Source: Tubulanus polymorphus
Taxonomy: Eukaryota > Animalia > Nemertea
Length of the DNA stretch: 64,000 bases
NCBI RefSeq assembly: GCF_964204645.1
Contig: NC_134027.1
Span: forward strand, 8,340,485 to 8,404,484
Direction of reading: 5' to 3'
The notes beneath the pieces are model-generated. The model was not told the DNA's origin and searched no databases. It worked only from the letters and a program-made list of their open reading frames with translations. Made by a program: the position numbers and the translations under genes. Positions 13,695 through 25,637 of this stretch are shown piece after piece (the stretch's first letter is position 1; each line of letters starts with the position of its first letter).

Positions 13695-16600
13695 AAGTAC
13701 TAACAAACCTTTCTAACGCATTGGCCACGTCTTTAAATCCTTGGTGAGTAGTAAGATTGCGATCCCACAGAACTGTCTCCAGTTTGTGATTAATGACGAG
13801 CGCTTTGGCCAACATTCGTGCACCGACATCTCCCATATAGTTACCACTACGAATATATGATCACGTAAAATATAAGTCCCACAATCACATAGCCAATAGG
13901 TGATAATATCGAAACGTTGAAATTTATTTTAAAATCTGAATTTTCCGTTCTCCACAAAAAACCATTATCATTTCTTGACTTATTGCGAAGTTTTACCTTG
14001 TCATATGATCAAGTTTCTTGTAAGATAGAAAAACAGGCTTTAATTATGTAAGAACATATACACTTTACTAAAAAATGTCCAACCTTATGTCAAGCTTCAG
14101 CAGACTTGTGTTACTACCGATAGCATTGATGATAATGGCTGTATCCATCTTCAGCTTAGAATCGGCTAGCGACAATGAGGTAATTGGCTAAAAAAAGTTT
14201 AAAGTGTGTTCAGTTTTTTCCCAGCAACGCTTTAAATATCGACACTAAATAAGCAATGCTATTGACAATGTTGATCTTGAGTAATTAAAGTAACTTACGC
14301 AGCAGTCATCTTGAATAAGATGCATCACAGCATCCAATACCTGAGCAACGTTTCTAAAAAAACGAAAATTATTATAAAAAGTTAGCTTGCATAAGATAGA
14401 TAGAGATCCATATAACTCAACCAAAAAATGGCAAAATATTCAACTCATATATCTGTTTACATTCACGAATAAAAATCCAGAGTTTACCAAAAAAAATCAT
14501 TTAATAGGTACAAGCATTTGATACATCATAAACAAGTAATGATATATCGAAGTTCATTTTATAAATAGACTGGTAAATTGATATATTAGTGGAAAGTTAG
14601 GAGTTAATTCATTCATAATCCTTATACGTCTTCTAAATGATAGAATTATCTATAAATAATGTTTAGATCTTTCTTATTTCAGAATACAAATTGCATGCTC
14701 TCACAGTAACTACCATGCATTTAACTGACACGGCTCTAAATCAGTACCGTAGACAAATCTCGAGAACGCGAGCACTTTTTATAAGTGTCATCAAACTATC
14801 CTAATTTGAAAATTTCTAGTTGTTTTCATCGAATGATATCGTATTTCTTGCATAAAATTTATGAAGTCTTGTCAATTTCAACCATGCTAACAAAGATCTA
14901 GAATGAAATACCCGCGTAAACTGAGTGGATAGATTCGGAAACGCTTTTTGTGAGTTTCAATGTAATTAAAGTCGAAGTCATTGTTGTATAACGTTGCCCG
15001 GCAGCTAAACAGAATAGAGAATAATAATACATGCTATTAGTTTGGTATGTTTCGAGTTTTTTTTCTTTTTTTTAATAAGTTTGATATTTCGTGAACGAGG
15101 GGACCTGGAAGCATGTTTCATCACAGCAGAATCATCACTCTACATTATTGAACATTGCAGCAATTTTTGCATATCGCATGCAGGATACAGTGAGCCACAC
15201 TCGGTCAATCGATTAGTTCAATGTTCTTCATGTGCAGATTCTTTAAAAACTTGGATCTGGAAGTCCTTTCATCTTTTTCAACCTGAACCCAATTCAATTC
15301 TTTTGTCACACTTTGTTTAGACTAAATTCTTTATTTCACCGGAAAGAGAAAGGCACAAATATCGGTGCCCAATGAAACTGAGCATGCGTCATGTCATTCG
15401 AATATCCAACAGTATACCAAGGCAGGTACATGCGATTCTGGCACATGCCTTACTTTCTTTGTTGATGTAAGCCTTTATTGAAAGAGTCTGCAGGAAGCCA
15501 AAACATCAATCTGTGGATCAGACAATAAATCAATCACACTTTTTTGCACCATTGTGTTTTGCTATCTCGTATCTAGCACATCAAGGGACTCCCCAAGTCT
15601 TGTATGTTACACAAAATCATGACTAGAATTTCATTTCATGCAGCCGACGCAAATGTCTCTTGGTCTATATAGTGATACTGAATATGACACGTATAATGAT
15701 GAATACTTCAACACGATAGCCAACTCCTCAATAAAAGATATTCTTTGTTGATGCGGTATTACCAAAAATTGCATTCCTTATCATTCTCTGTTGCACTCAA
15801 CACAGTTCTTTAGACTTGAATTTACAGTCTTTTCTAAACTCTATATTAAGGCACTGAAACTCAAATTTCACTATAAATCAGTGAATATCAGTCTGAATAT
15901 TGATATGCTTTTTACATTGTAGACAACTGCTTCCATGTGAAATGAATGCCTGATAAACCATAAATAACTGCATAAGGTATGTAGTTTGTAATGAATCATG
16001 CATATAAGAAAGAGGAAGTATTTGTATTCAGAAAGCAGACCGCATTGGTGGTATGTTTACCTTGGGGATTTAGACGAACTGCTGCTAATAGATGAGCTGC
16101 TTTTCCTCGGCCTAAGTTTCGATACAATCTCACAATGAATTTTGATTACGATGTTTTTTCAGTTACTTATGATATAAACAAACATATCTTCCAGTAATTA
16201 CCAGTTCAGTTTAGACAACTAGATGATAAAGGGCTAGACGCAATCATTACTTAGTTCAAGAATTCAGCAGAACCGTTTCAGAATAAAATTCAAATGCCGA
16301 TTACAAAGTACAAGAACCCATTAAAACCAAACCTATAATCCACCACCATGACTGAAAGCCACACTATTAGGCAGCTGTAATAATTCATCATTATTCACAG
16401 AAGAGGGAACAATTTTTATCTCTTACTTTGACTTCGTAGTGACAAAATTCTTGCCGATGCTCAATTCTCTGAGGTTCTTGTTTTCGGTGACCCGATTCAA
16501 AATAGGGATCATATCAATATCAAGTCCTGCCAAAGACAAAATAAGTAAGACAATAATACATGAGCTAGAATTTTCATCACATTAAGTGAATCATGAAAGT

Positions 16601-19600
16601 GAATCACAAAAATACAAAATTACCGTTGTCACTGATATCTAAGCGGGAAACACATGTCAGATTAGCGATGGAGTTTTCAAGAATTAGCGCTCCCGCTGTT
16701 CGAAAATCATTAGTGCTGATATCTAATGTCATGTCTTCGATCTGCAGATTACTTGTTAGACCGTTCAGTAATCCCCTGAAAATTGAAAGATAATCATCAA
16801 GGAATCGATGAAACAGTCTGATATTTTATTCAAGATGTATGCAAATGATTGAGGAGATAAATGTACCGTAATGCTTCCGGAGGGAGCTTATTATTGGACA
16901 GATTTAGATATTGCAGAGACATTGCCGTAGAAAAGAACTGCTTCCATGTTACTGGTACAGTGATCTCTTTCGACTTGGCTCTACTGGTGAAGACGTTGCC
17001 ACCTAGATTCAAATGGCTTAAGTTTTGAGTACATCCACGCAACAAAGCACCACAAACCTAAGACAAAGAACACGTCATTACAAGCAAAAAGAGACTATAG
17101 AGAAGACTTCATACCCGATTTGTTGATTCTTGTTATAAAGAAGAAAAGATTTTCCAATGTACAAAAGATGTCATTCTAAACCATACATTCATAAATCTAA
17201 CTGCACGATTATCATTTGAATGAAATACAATGCAGACACCTTATAATCAATTCTTACCATATCGAGTGGACATTCTGTTTCAGACAAATCTATATGTCTC
17301 AGCGTATTTGGTTTTGCAAGAAAATTGCACAGACTCTGAAAGAACAACCATGATTACCTAGTACATGTTATACCTACATCAACAGATTTTTAGATTATGT
17401 GCCAGTTAAAATTGATGATAGATTTTATACATACGGTAAGCTCTTCCATCTTTAATGAGTTTCCTGACAAATCTAGTTTAGTCAAAGTGCTTGCAACGTA
17501 CTTATTCATCGCCAATGAATCAGCTAATCGGTTAATTCCTTTAGCGGTTAATCCACAGCGAGCAAAGTTAATGGATACAAGTCCTTTAGTTAGTTTACTG
17601 AGTGGATTGGTCAAGTGAATGATGCCTGTGTGAAAAAAAATATTTCTCTTTAGTTAAGTTCATGATTTCTAACGTTTGAGATTCAACGAAAATTTGCCAC
17701 TTCTCACACTATATACCTCTATCCTCAATATTGTTATCAGAGAAATCAATAGTATGGAGTGGAGTCTCGGAATTTGACAGCAAAGCCATGGACAACTTAT
17801 GGACAAACTCCCTGCAAAGAAAATTTCAGTAAATATCACCATGTACAGTAACAACTTTTCATACAGGACGACTACCAGCATCTACCAGTATGTATACATA
17901 CCATTTCAAGCCAACTCCGGCTAAATGTAACTCCTCCAATACTGTATTGCTCTTCATGACTTTGTTAACTTCATTCATGGCTGCCAAGTTCTAGAAAAAT
18001 AAATACATTTTTTCATAATTTTTCAAATTTGTACCCAGTATCTACTATTTTCATTATCTTTTTGTACCTTTCAGTTTTTTATTAAAATGTACTGATCAAA
18101 GTAGAATGAGGTAAGACCACAAAGACAATTAACTCTCCTTATAACCATTACAATCGTCTTTTTGGTTTTACCTAAGAGTTACATGAAGAGAATTGAAAGA
18201 TATAGAAAGTACTTAGAAATCTATGACAAACAATATTACTCACAAGTTTGGTATTAGTTGCATTGAATTTGGTGAACCATTTATTAAAACGCAAAGCAGC
18301 TATAACTGGAACAAGTTCTCTGAAAAATATTGCTTTGTTGAGAATTCAATCAAGTAAAAACCAGCAATAAAGGGTTTCTGCAAATTGGTTTCAGTTATCA
18401 TATATGCTTTAAATTTCTTTATCATTGTAGGCTTGTAGAAAAGATGAACAAACGTAGCCTACAAATGTTGAATACCTTCACTATTAATATATGCACTATT
18501 GAATAAATCATCATGAGGAAGCAACAGCATTTCAGGCCAAAAATGACAGCCATCCTATGTTCAATCAACCTAATTTTTCCTAAACCCTCAGAGAATATAT
18601 ATACAAATGAAAGATCAAGATAATTGATTGAAGCGTCTTACAAATTTCCAATGAACTTCCAAAAAGTGCAGAAGTGCTGATTTTGATGAACGACAATGGC
18701 CATCTTGATTCCAATCTAGCCAATTTTTCAGCTGTAGATGAGGTATACAAAAAGCAAATATCAAGATCGTATATCAAAGCATATCGAACACTTCCCAAGA
18801 AAACTAGATTCTGTCTATAGATAGATGGCCATATGAAAAGTGAACGCAAGCAATTGTCAACTGGGACTAATTTTTCCTGCTAAAAAAGTTTCGTCTGAAT
18901 CTCTTTCATCAGATATGTAATTTCAGATAAATACACCAGGAAGGAAAGACCTCAGTATAGTAGATAATGGATGCATTAAGTGACATAGTAGTTACTTTTA
19001 CATGAAATAGGTAATTACCCCAATCAGCATGCAAACAAAATTTATGAATTTTTCTAAATTTTCCATTTCCAATGGTATGATTACAATGAAGGCAAATTAG
19101 ATCTGAACTTGATCTTACTTGACACAAGAGAGCCAAGCTTGGCAAACATACGATCGGGTGAAGAACAGGAATTTAGCATAAAATCGAGCAATTATTCATT
19201 ATTACCTCGGGTCTAAATGATCGAAGTCACCGACGCAGAATTCCTTGTTTCCCTGAGACAAATATATCGTGTCTACATCCTAAGAAAACAAAGAATCAAT
19301 AAATAGAATTAGTATAAACGGTAGCGATTTTAACATTGATCGGAAAATATCGTTAAAACCTACCCAAGCTACTTCATCTCGGTACGGTAAACAGTGTTTA
19401 TCACACATTGCACTATACATTTGCGAATAGTTATCACATGGACCTGGATCTCGGGCTTCTATATCTTTGATCATTGTGTGCATTGTTTTTATCCGATCGG
19501 GAGGACTAACGTCAATTGTCTTGATCAGCTTACTGCAATAAAAAGCGCAATAGCCGTTGATGCTATTGATGTGCTTGAAAGTATAGAATTACTTGACAAA

Positions 19601-21614
19601 CTGAAATTATCAACTCATTATCGACCAACAAACAACTTGATAGGTCTAAATTAATAATCAATTGTCACAATAATCAATTGGCATTAAAGTAGGAATATTT
19701 GCTTTTCACGCAAACTTACTTCAACGGGGTTGAAATGAAGACATTTTTCAATGATGTACAAATGTGCGCTATCATATGATCAAATTCATCTGTATCTTCA
19801 TCAACCAACGAATGAAACAAATATGTTTTGCCTTCAGCCATTAGAAGTAACTGAAATCGAAGTAATTAAAACACTGTATACACCATTTCTGTTAATCTAT
19901 ACGAACTTTCGTACTTTATGCATTGATGCCCTTTCTATAAACTTAACTAAGTTATACTCATTCAATCTTGAAACTAATTTGTATTGATTGATTCATTACT
20001 TCATCAATACCCAGTAATTACTATTTACCTGACCACATGTTTTGCTCTCAATTGAATCAATGCTCAGATAATTGAAACTGTGCTCCATCTACAATAGAAA
20101 TCAGATTGCTAATGCTTTCAAATTGATTTTCCATAATTGTACACTTTCTCAGACCATAAAATCTAAAGTAACGTAAATGTATTTTTCAGATGAAAATCTT
20201 TTTGTAATATTAAATAGGAAGGCCTTATTGAATAAGTACAGCGTTCTCGATGAAAACTTCATAATTCATTATACATCTTACATTCCTTTAGAAACAGCCA
20301 CAGTTCATTGAAGTTTGAGGAAGTAGTTTATAGTTTTTAAAAAAACCCTTCAGTATTGGGTATGACTCAGTGTACACAAGCAGTAATATAATGCAGGTAT
20401 AGACTCAGTTTACCCAAGCGCAGTTATATAATGCAGTATAATACACTAACAATCTAAATCTAGTTTTTTTATACTTGAGCATAACATTGCAAATACAGTT
20501 GGTATGTTTGTTTGCTTCATGTTATTTACTGCACAGTACAGGGGCGGATCCATAGGGGTGTCTTTGACAGGAGCAATGAAATGAAGCAGCATACTGTAAA
20601 GAAGGGCAAGTTTCCATACACAGCGAGCACCTAGTCAAAAGTAGGGTCCAGGTAATTTTGAAATTTCGATGTGTTTTATAAAACGCAACTCAGGCACTGC
20701 AGTGACATTCAAGACAAATCTTAAAGAAAAATATCCCAGAATAAAATTGCCGTTCTCCAAAAAGGGTACAGGAAAATCTGCGCTCCTGTGCTCCCATCAG
20801 GATATCCACCCCTCTTTTCCCCCATGGATACTCAATCAGTAAGAGCTATCATTACTTACCCTACACGGTAACTTGGCTGTGAAGACAAACACACGGTACT
20901 GCGAAAATGCCTAAAATATCATTAAAATAAAATACAAGTGTAAAGGACGAATACAAAATTTTGGAGAACCGGAATGAATCTGGTAAGAAGTACCCGAAAC
21001 ATGTTTCCTCCAAGCATCAGGATTGATAAGAGAATGGTAAGAGCATTCACTTGGATACCAGCCAGGGGCCAGTTGCTCGAATAAGTTGTAAGATAACCAG
21101 TGGATATTAAATAAGATAGTTACAATTAACGACGTGCAATGAACTTTTTTAGGCCTAATTGTCACTATGTCAACTATCTACTTAACTGGTAAGCCTTAAC
21201 CAACTTCTGTGGCCTACTTTTATGCCTGGGCATACAACATTCAAATTCAGTAATACTTACCAAAACCTTTTTATCTGGTTTCTCTTTTTCTTTGATGGCA
21301 TCTTGATGAACCAGTCGTCTGATTGTTAGTCTTGTTTTCTTATCAACGACATCACGTATACTCTCTGAAAAAATGAAATTAAAATGTACGATACTGGCCC
21401 ATAGTAGAGACCTGACCAGTCAGTGAATGAAACGGTATCGAGACGAGGGATCAGTTGGATCGTTGGTGTGGCTTTAATTTAAAAGGACAACTAAAAATTG
21501 ACATGATGGATGGAAGAACTGATGCTCTAAAACACCTATACAAAAAATTTGACACTCAGGTTTATGATAAATACCTGAAATATCCCTAGGTACATTATTC
21601 AGATCCGATGCCAT
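6599..21614 (-). CDS. CARMIL: CARMIL / LRRC16 (capping protein regulator and myosin 1 linker): PH + LRR + helical dimerisation + CPI/CSI + proline-rich tail, about 35 exons
   Basis: Start [23 protein letters not shown] at 21614 resembles CARMIL1 [23 protein letters not shown]. Supporting exons: [27 protein letters not shown] (19364-19531); many LRR exons ([47 protein letters not shown]); CPI motif [18 protein letters not shown] and CSI-like EGVNAFF (9809-10083); basic membrane-binding segment [13 protein letters not shown]; Pro-rich exons (8028-8316); acidic last exon ending DTCDV* at 6599. Some internal exon boundaries are approximate. Confidence 0.93.
13441..13588. mobile_element. MITE-like element with about 40-bp terminal inverted repeats in a CARMIL intron
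   Basis: TATAGACAATCCCGCACTAATAGAATGAGAAAGATGAAGT (13441-13480) is an imperfect reverse complement of ACTTAATCTTTCTCATTATATCAGTGTGGGATTCTCTATA (13549-13588). Confidence 0.65.
13660..13692. repeat. (TA)n microsatellite
   Basis: Pure TA run directly visible. Confidence 0.9.
16061..16111 (-). CDS. Candidate 51-nt frame-preserving cassette exon of CARMIL (inserts [17 protein letters not shown])
   Basis: TTAG acceptor and AAG|GTAAAC donor, phase 2-2 like the flanking exons (ending 16427, starting 14353), with an open frame. Confidence 0.55.
20360..20445. repeat. Short diverged tandem repeat of about 40 bp (2+ copies)
   Basis: gtat(a)gactcagt[gt]tac[ac]caagc...ataatgcag is repeated. Confidence 0.6.
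20539..20813. mobile_element. MITE with CAGGGGCGGATCC-type termini
   Basis: Left end CAGGGGCGGATCC...ACAGGAGC; right end GCTCCTGT...GATATCCACCCCT. These form imperfect inverted termini plus a subterminal inverted motif. Confidence 0.6.
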
Positions 21615-22826
21615 CGTGAAATTTATGCGTAACAGAGTACATTAGAGGCTTAAAAATTACTATCCACGACACACACGGGTGGGGAAAACAATCCTCCCGT
21701 CAAAATCTTCAGACCTAAATCACGGTTAACGGACTTATAGAACCTGAGAGTGTTGAGCTCGATCCTCGCTTTCCAGGGTTTGTTCGACATGCCTTCGTCT
21801 CCGGTGCGGCCGCGCCGACCCGAAACGACGTCGCGGTTCGTTGGTTACTACACGTGGACATGCGGCCGGGTGGTTTTTTTTCAGTACATTTTGCATTTCG
21901 CCACATCTAAGGCGCCTAATGGCGCCATGGAACTAACTCAAGTGCTTTTGGATGGAGTGCGTGCAAGCAAGTGCCCGGTCGGCGGGCGGATTCGAACGAA
22001 GGCCTTTAGGATCCGCCTCAGTGCGTAAATCATCAAATAAAAAACAAAAATGTTTTAAGTCCCCCTTCAAGATGTTTTGTGCTTTAATCTGATTACTCTT
22101 ATCAACATTTTATAGTCCCGGTCATTTTTGAAATTTGTGTAATTTTCAATCTTATGCCTCATTTTAGCAAGTGACAAAAGCGGATAAAATTCATCAAATT
22201 TGTCAATCCTTTATTATTCTTTTCTGCAGTCCATCCGAGTCCATTCCATTTGTGGAAAATACCATAAGTGTGAAAATACTCGATAAAAAAAAAGATTTGT
22301 ATCTTTTCCCTCTTTCCCATTTTTTAAACGCCGCCCAATCGAAATGAATTATTTGCATTTTACCCCTCTTACGCCATTTCAAAACGCGCCATCCATCGAA
22401 AGAAATTATTATTATTTTTCCCATAGCCCTCCAACTTTTTCTTGAAAAAATTCGTACTCAAGCCTAATGAGGACACACGACCTTAACCGGGTTTTGCATC
22501 GCGACGCCGGAGAAAGATCGCCATAAAATGTACCCGTCACCTCCGGGTTGTGTTCTCTGATTTGGTTACTGTCAGTTGCTGATACTTAAATGTATTCTGA
22601 CAATCATTGAACATTGTTGGGTAGAATCAAAATTGATACATTTTTACTTTTCATTGGAAATACGAATTTGGATTATTAGATCTATGGACGAAATTAACTT
22701 AAATAGGGATTCGAACCTAGCTTCTCGAATGCGCATGCTTGGAGGCGTAATCTGTATACTGTGAAATAACCTGTACCACCCACGTCAATAACCTCTTCGG
22801 CTCGGTGCGATCAAAAAAGTTTCAAA
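21615..22826. promoter_or_regulatory. Divergent promoter/5' region between CARMIL and NTF2
   Basis: Head-to-head genes with CpG-rich blocks at 21700-22025 and 22480-22810, and an NRF1-like TGCGCATGC at about 22730. Degenerate ~57-bp repeats lie at 22300-22420. Confidence 0.55.
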
Positions 22827-24670
22827 ATGATTTCAGCAGCTGAAATTGCAGAGAAGTTTGCGCAAATCGGCACTCAATTCGCCGAGTATTACTACCGATG
22901 TTTAGATGCAGGTCCGCGGGAGAATATTTATACGCTTTACTTTGTGAGTAGATTTGTATTTGTTAACTTTATCGCGCTAAAAATGTTTGGATGGGTAGTC
23001 TGTGCATTTTCGTTTGACTATACTCGAAATCATTTACATGTAGTAGATTATTTAATTGTTAATTAATCATTATCAGTGCCATTATTTTTTCTCCCTTCTC
23101 ATTTGTTTGTAATGTTAGTCCTTTGAATTGTAACCTGGTAAGCAGGTAATAAATGCCAAAACGAGGGGTGACTCCGTGTTTTGGGGGTTTAGCATTGTGT
23201 TTCCATGCCTACATACCAAACTTCAGTTGGTAGGCATGGAGACATTTTGTTGAGCTTTCAAGTCGTGGAGTCTCTTTTCTCTCATGGACCCCTTTCGGTG
23301 GGGACTTATTGGCTATCCTCGGTGCAGTTTCGGATGGATTGGGTGGTGATGTTTGGGGTCGGCTGCTTGTCCTTCCTGGTCCCATTGGGACCTTTATCGG
23401 GTGTGTGCTGCCGGGGGTGGGCGGTCGGGCCGCCAGGAGTGCTCTCGGGTCGCGTTGAAATAGACATTAGATTATATGCATTGTAGATTGTGTTTTCAAG
23501 TGATTGGTGTTCTTTGTAAAATAGCTCCAATTTTTCTCTCTCCCTATATGTTATGTTATCATTTGTCAGTGTCTCTTTGTATTAATATTTTATTGTCGTG
23601 TTGAATTGAATTGAATTCGTCCAGGACCAGGATATTTGGCGCGTTATTTTTATAAATCGTATTTATTTCAGCCCGATGCGCTGCTAACATATGAAGATAA
23701 GAAAGTAAAAGGACATGAAGGTATTCATCTTACTTTTAAGGTAAGGAAAAACCATGAAAACTTAATTTTGGTACTGGTTTGACCTACTCTCATTCTAAAG
23801 AGTTCTTTTAGTAAAAAAACCAACATTTTTCTATTTTCAGTCTTTAGGATTTAATCAGATAGCTCATAAAACTACCACTGTAGATTGTCACCCATTACCT
23901 GATGGTATTTTGATTGTATGTAATGGACAACTCCAGGTAAGGAATGAAATAATGAGCTGTTAGATTGCTACCTTTGCCCAAAAAACTACTGATATTCGCC
24001 AATGTACGGATCTTGCTATATCAACGCCCATTACAGGTTCTGGTTTTCATTATCTAGGAACAAAAAGGCCAGTTTTAACTCATTTAAATGGGATACCGGC
24101 AACGCTACAGTGGCAAGCAAGAATTCAGCGATAATCCACGATTGCTAGTGGCACTGGGTTACTCCTTCTCAATTCCTTTATACATTTCCAATTACGTAAA
24201 CCATATCTTTTCGATGACTTGTTTTATAATTTTCGTATTTTGGAAGCCAAAAAATCAAGTTCAAATTTCATTGTAAATGAACTTTTTTTTGCGCCATCTG
24301 TTGAGTGCCATTTTCTCATTAGACCATGATTTTTCGACTGGTTGAACAAATAATCCTAGGGCTTGGGATATATTGGATCAGATTGACCAGTTCGACAAGT
24401 CATTATTCATAATGCTGCCATATGTCACGATATAAGGAGTCTACTTGAGAGTAGTAGTTCTTATTCCTGCCATCCGTGTAGACTCCGGTAGTAAGGGGTA
24501 GATTTATCAAATCTTTATGATTGATGTAATTTCCTCTCTTTTTCTAGGCCGATGCAGAACATCCGATGCCGTTTTGTCAAACATTCATTATTAGACAACA
24601 TCCAACAGCGAATTGGCTCGTAGCTCACGACATATTTCGACTAGGAGTTCACAACTTTGCGCCATCATAG
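22827..24670 (+). CDS. NUTF2: Nuclear transport factor 2 family protein (134 aa), probable NTF2 ortholog
   Basis: Exons 22827-22943, 23672-23740, 23841-23936, 24548-24670 give MISAAEIAEKFAQIGTQFAEYYYRCLD...LTYEDKKVKG...IAHKTTTVDCHPLPDGILIVCNGQLQADAEHPMPFCQTFII...HDIFRLGVHNFAPS*. This matches NTF2 motifs (IGxxFxxxYY, DxQP, GQL, DIFRLxxHN). Confidence 0.88.
23123..23617 (+). mobile_element. Probable retroposon (LINE 3' end / SINE-like) insertion in NTF2 intron 1
   Basis: GC- and GT-rich island in an AT-rich intron, ending in (TTGAA)3, a tail typical of CR1/L2-clade elements, with TTGAATT also at the left boundary. Family not identified. Confidence 0.35.
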
Positions 24671-25524
24671 ACATCTACCATTCACGATAAAATGGATGAA
24701 CAATTATAGAACACGATTGAATTTACTAACCTTCATTAATGTTGTTGCCGGGATAATGAGTTCACTTACGACAAACAAACATTGCATGTGGTGAAAGTGT
24801 TGCAACGTCATACAGAATATCATCATTTTATGAAGAGAATTAGAAAACATTTATCAATCTTTTATCTAGTTCTTCAAGCAGCTGCTCTGTTGATGTTATT
24901 TTTTCAGTAGCGATGATAGATGTGGTTTCTTGATCCCATTTACTGTTGACGGTGAATCATAATTTTGTATTCTCTTGAAAAATTACCATTTACATGTCGA
25001 TGGAAAGTTTCTATCCAACACTGGCAGTTAATTCATTGTCCTCTTGGAGGTTTGTCTTTCTGATGTTATGTTCGTGGGTTTTTTTTGTGATCAGAAATTT
25101 TGCTTTAGCGGTAAGATGAATTTTCTGAAGTGCATTGATCCATAAATTGTGATATAACGAGAGCATAGGAATTGAATAATGTGTTTCTAAAGTTTTGATA
25201 AATGCCTTGGTATGTTGATATTGTGAATCCTCTTTTCCTGATTTCCCAAGCTAATAATTGATTATCAAAAGTCAATAAATATTGCATTAATGCTTTTTAT
25301 GCGAGTTTTATGAGTTCTTTGATATAAACGTGGGCTTGCTCAGCAGGCCCCGGCTGACGCAAAAAAGTTGTTGACCCCAGTATCATAGGTACTATGTTTA
25401 AAAAAAAATTTGAAATTTTTATAGAGAGCCTAGGATACTAGGGTATCGAGGATACTGTGGATATTTGGACTGAAATTGGTTCACCGGTTAGCGTACGGTA
25501 TCCAGAGTTTATCATGACCGTATT

Positions 25525-25637
25525 GTGGCGCCACCATTGGTTGAATCCAAGATGGCAGCCTCCATGATAGACGCGTGAAGCTTGAGAATTTTGGTGGTGT
25601 TTCTTTATTTTCGGTCTATTTTACGTATATTGAAATC
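25525..25637 (+). promoter_or_regulatory. HEATR3 proximal promoter motifs
   Basis: ATTGG (CCAAT box, ~25536) and CAAGATGGC (YY1-like, ~25549-25557) lie just upstream of the ATG. Confidence 0.45.

Noticed and set aside
21985-22017. GTTCGAATCC (minus strand) suggesting a tRNA T-loop or Pol III B box
   Set aside because: No cloverleaf or A box. The flanking GGCGGAT/ATCCGCC resemble the termini of the MITE at 20539, so a collapsed transposon relic is more likely.
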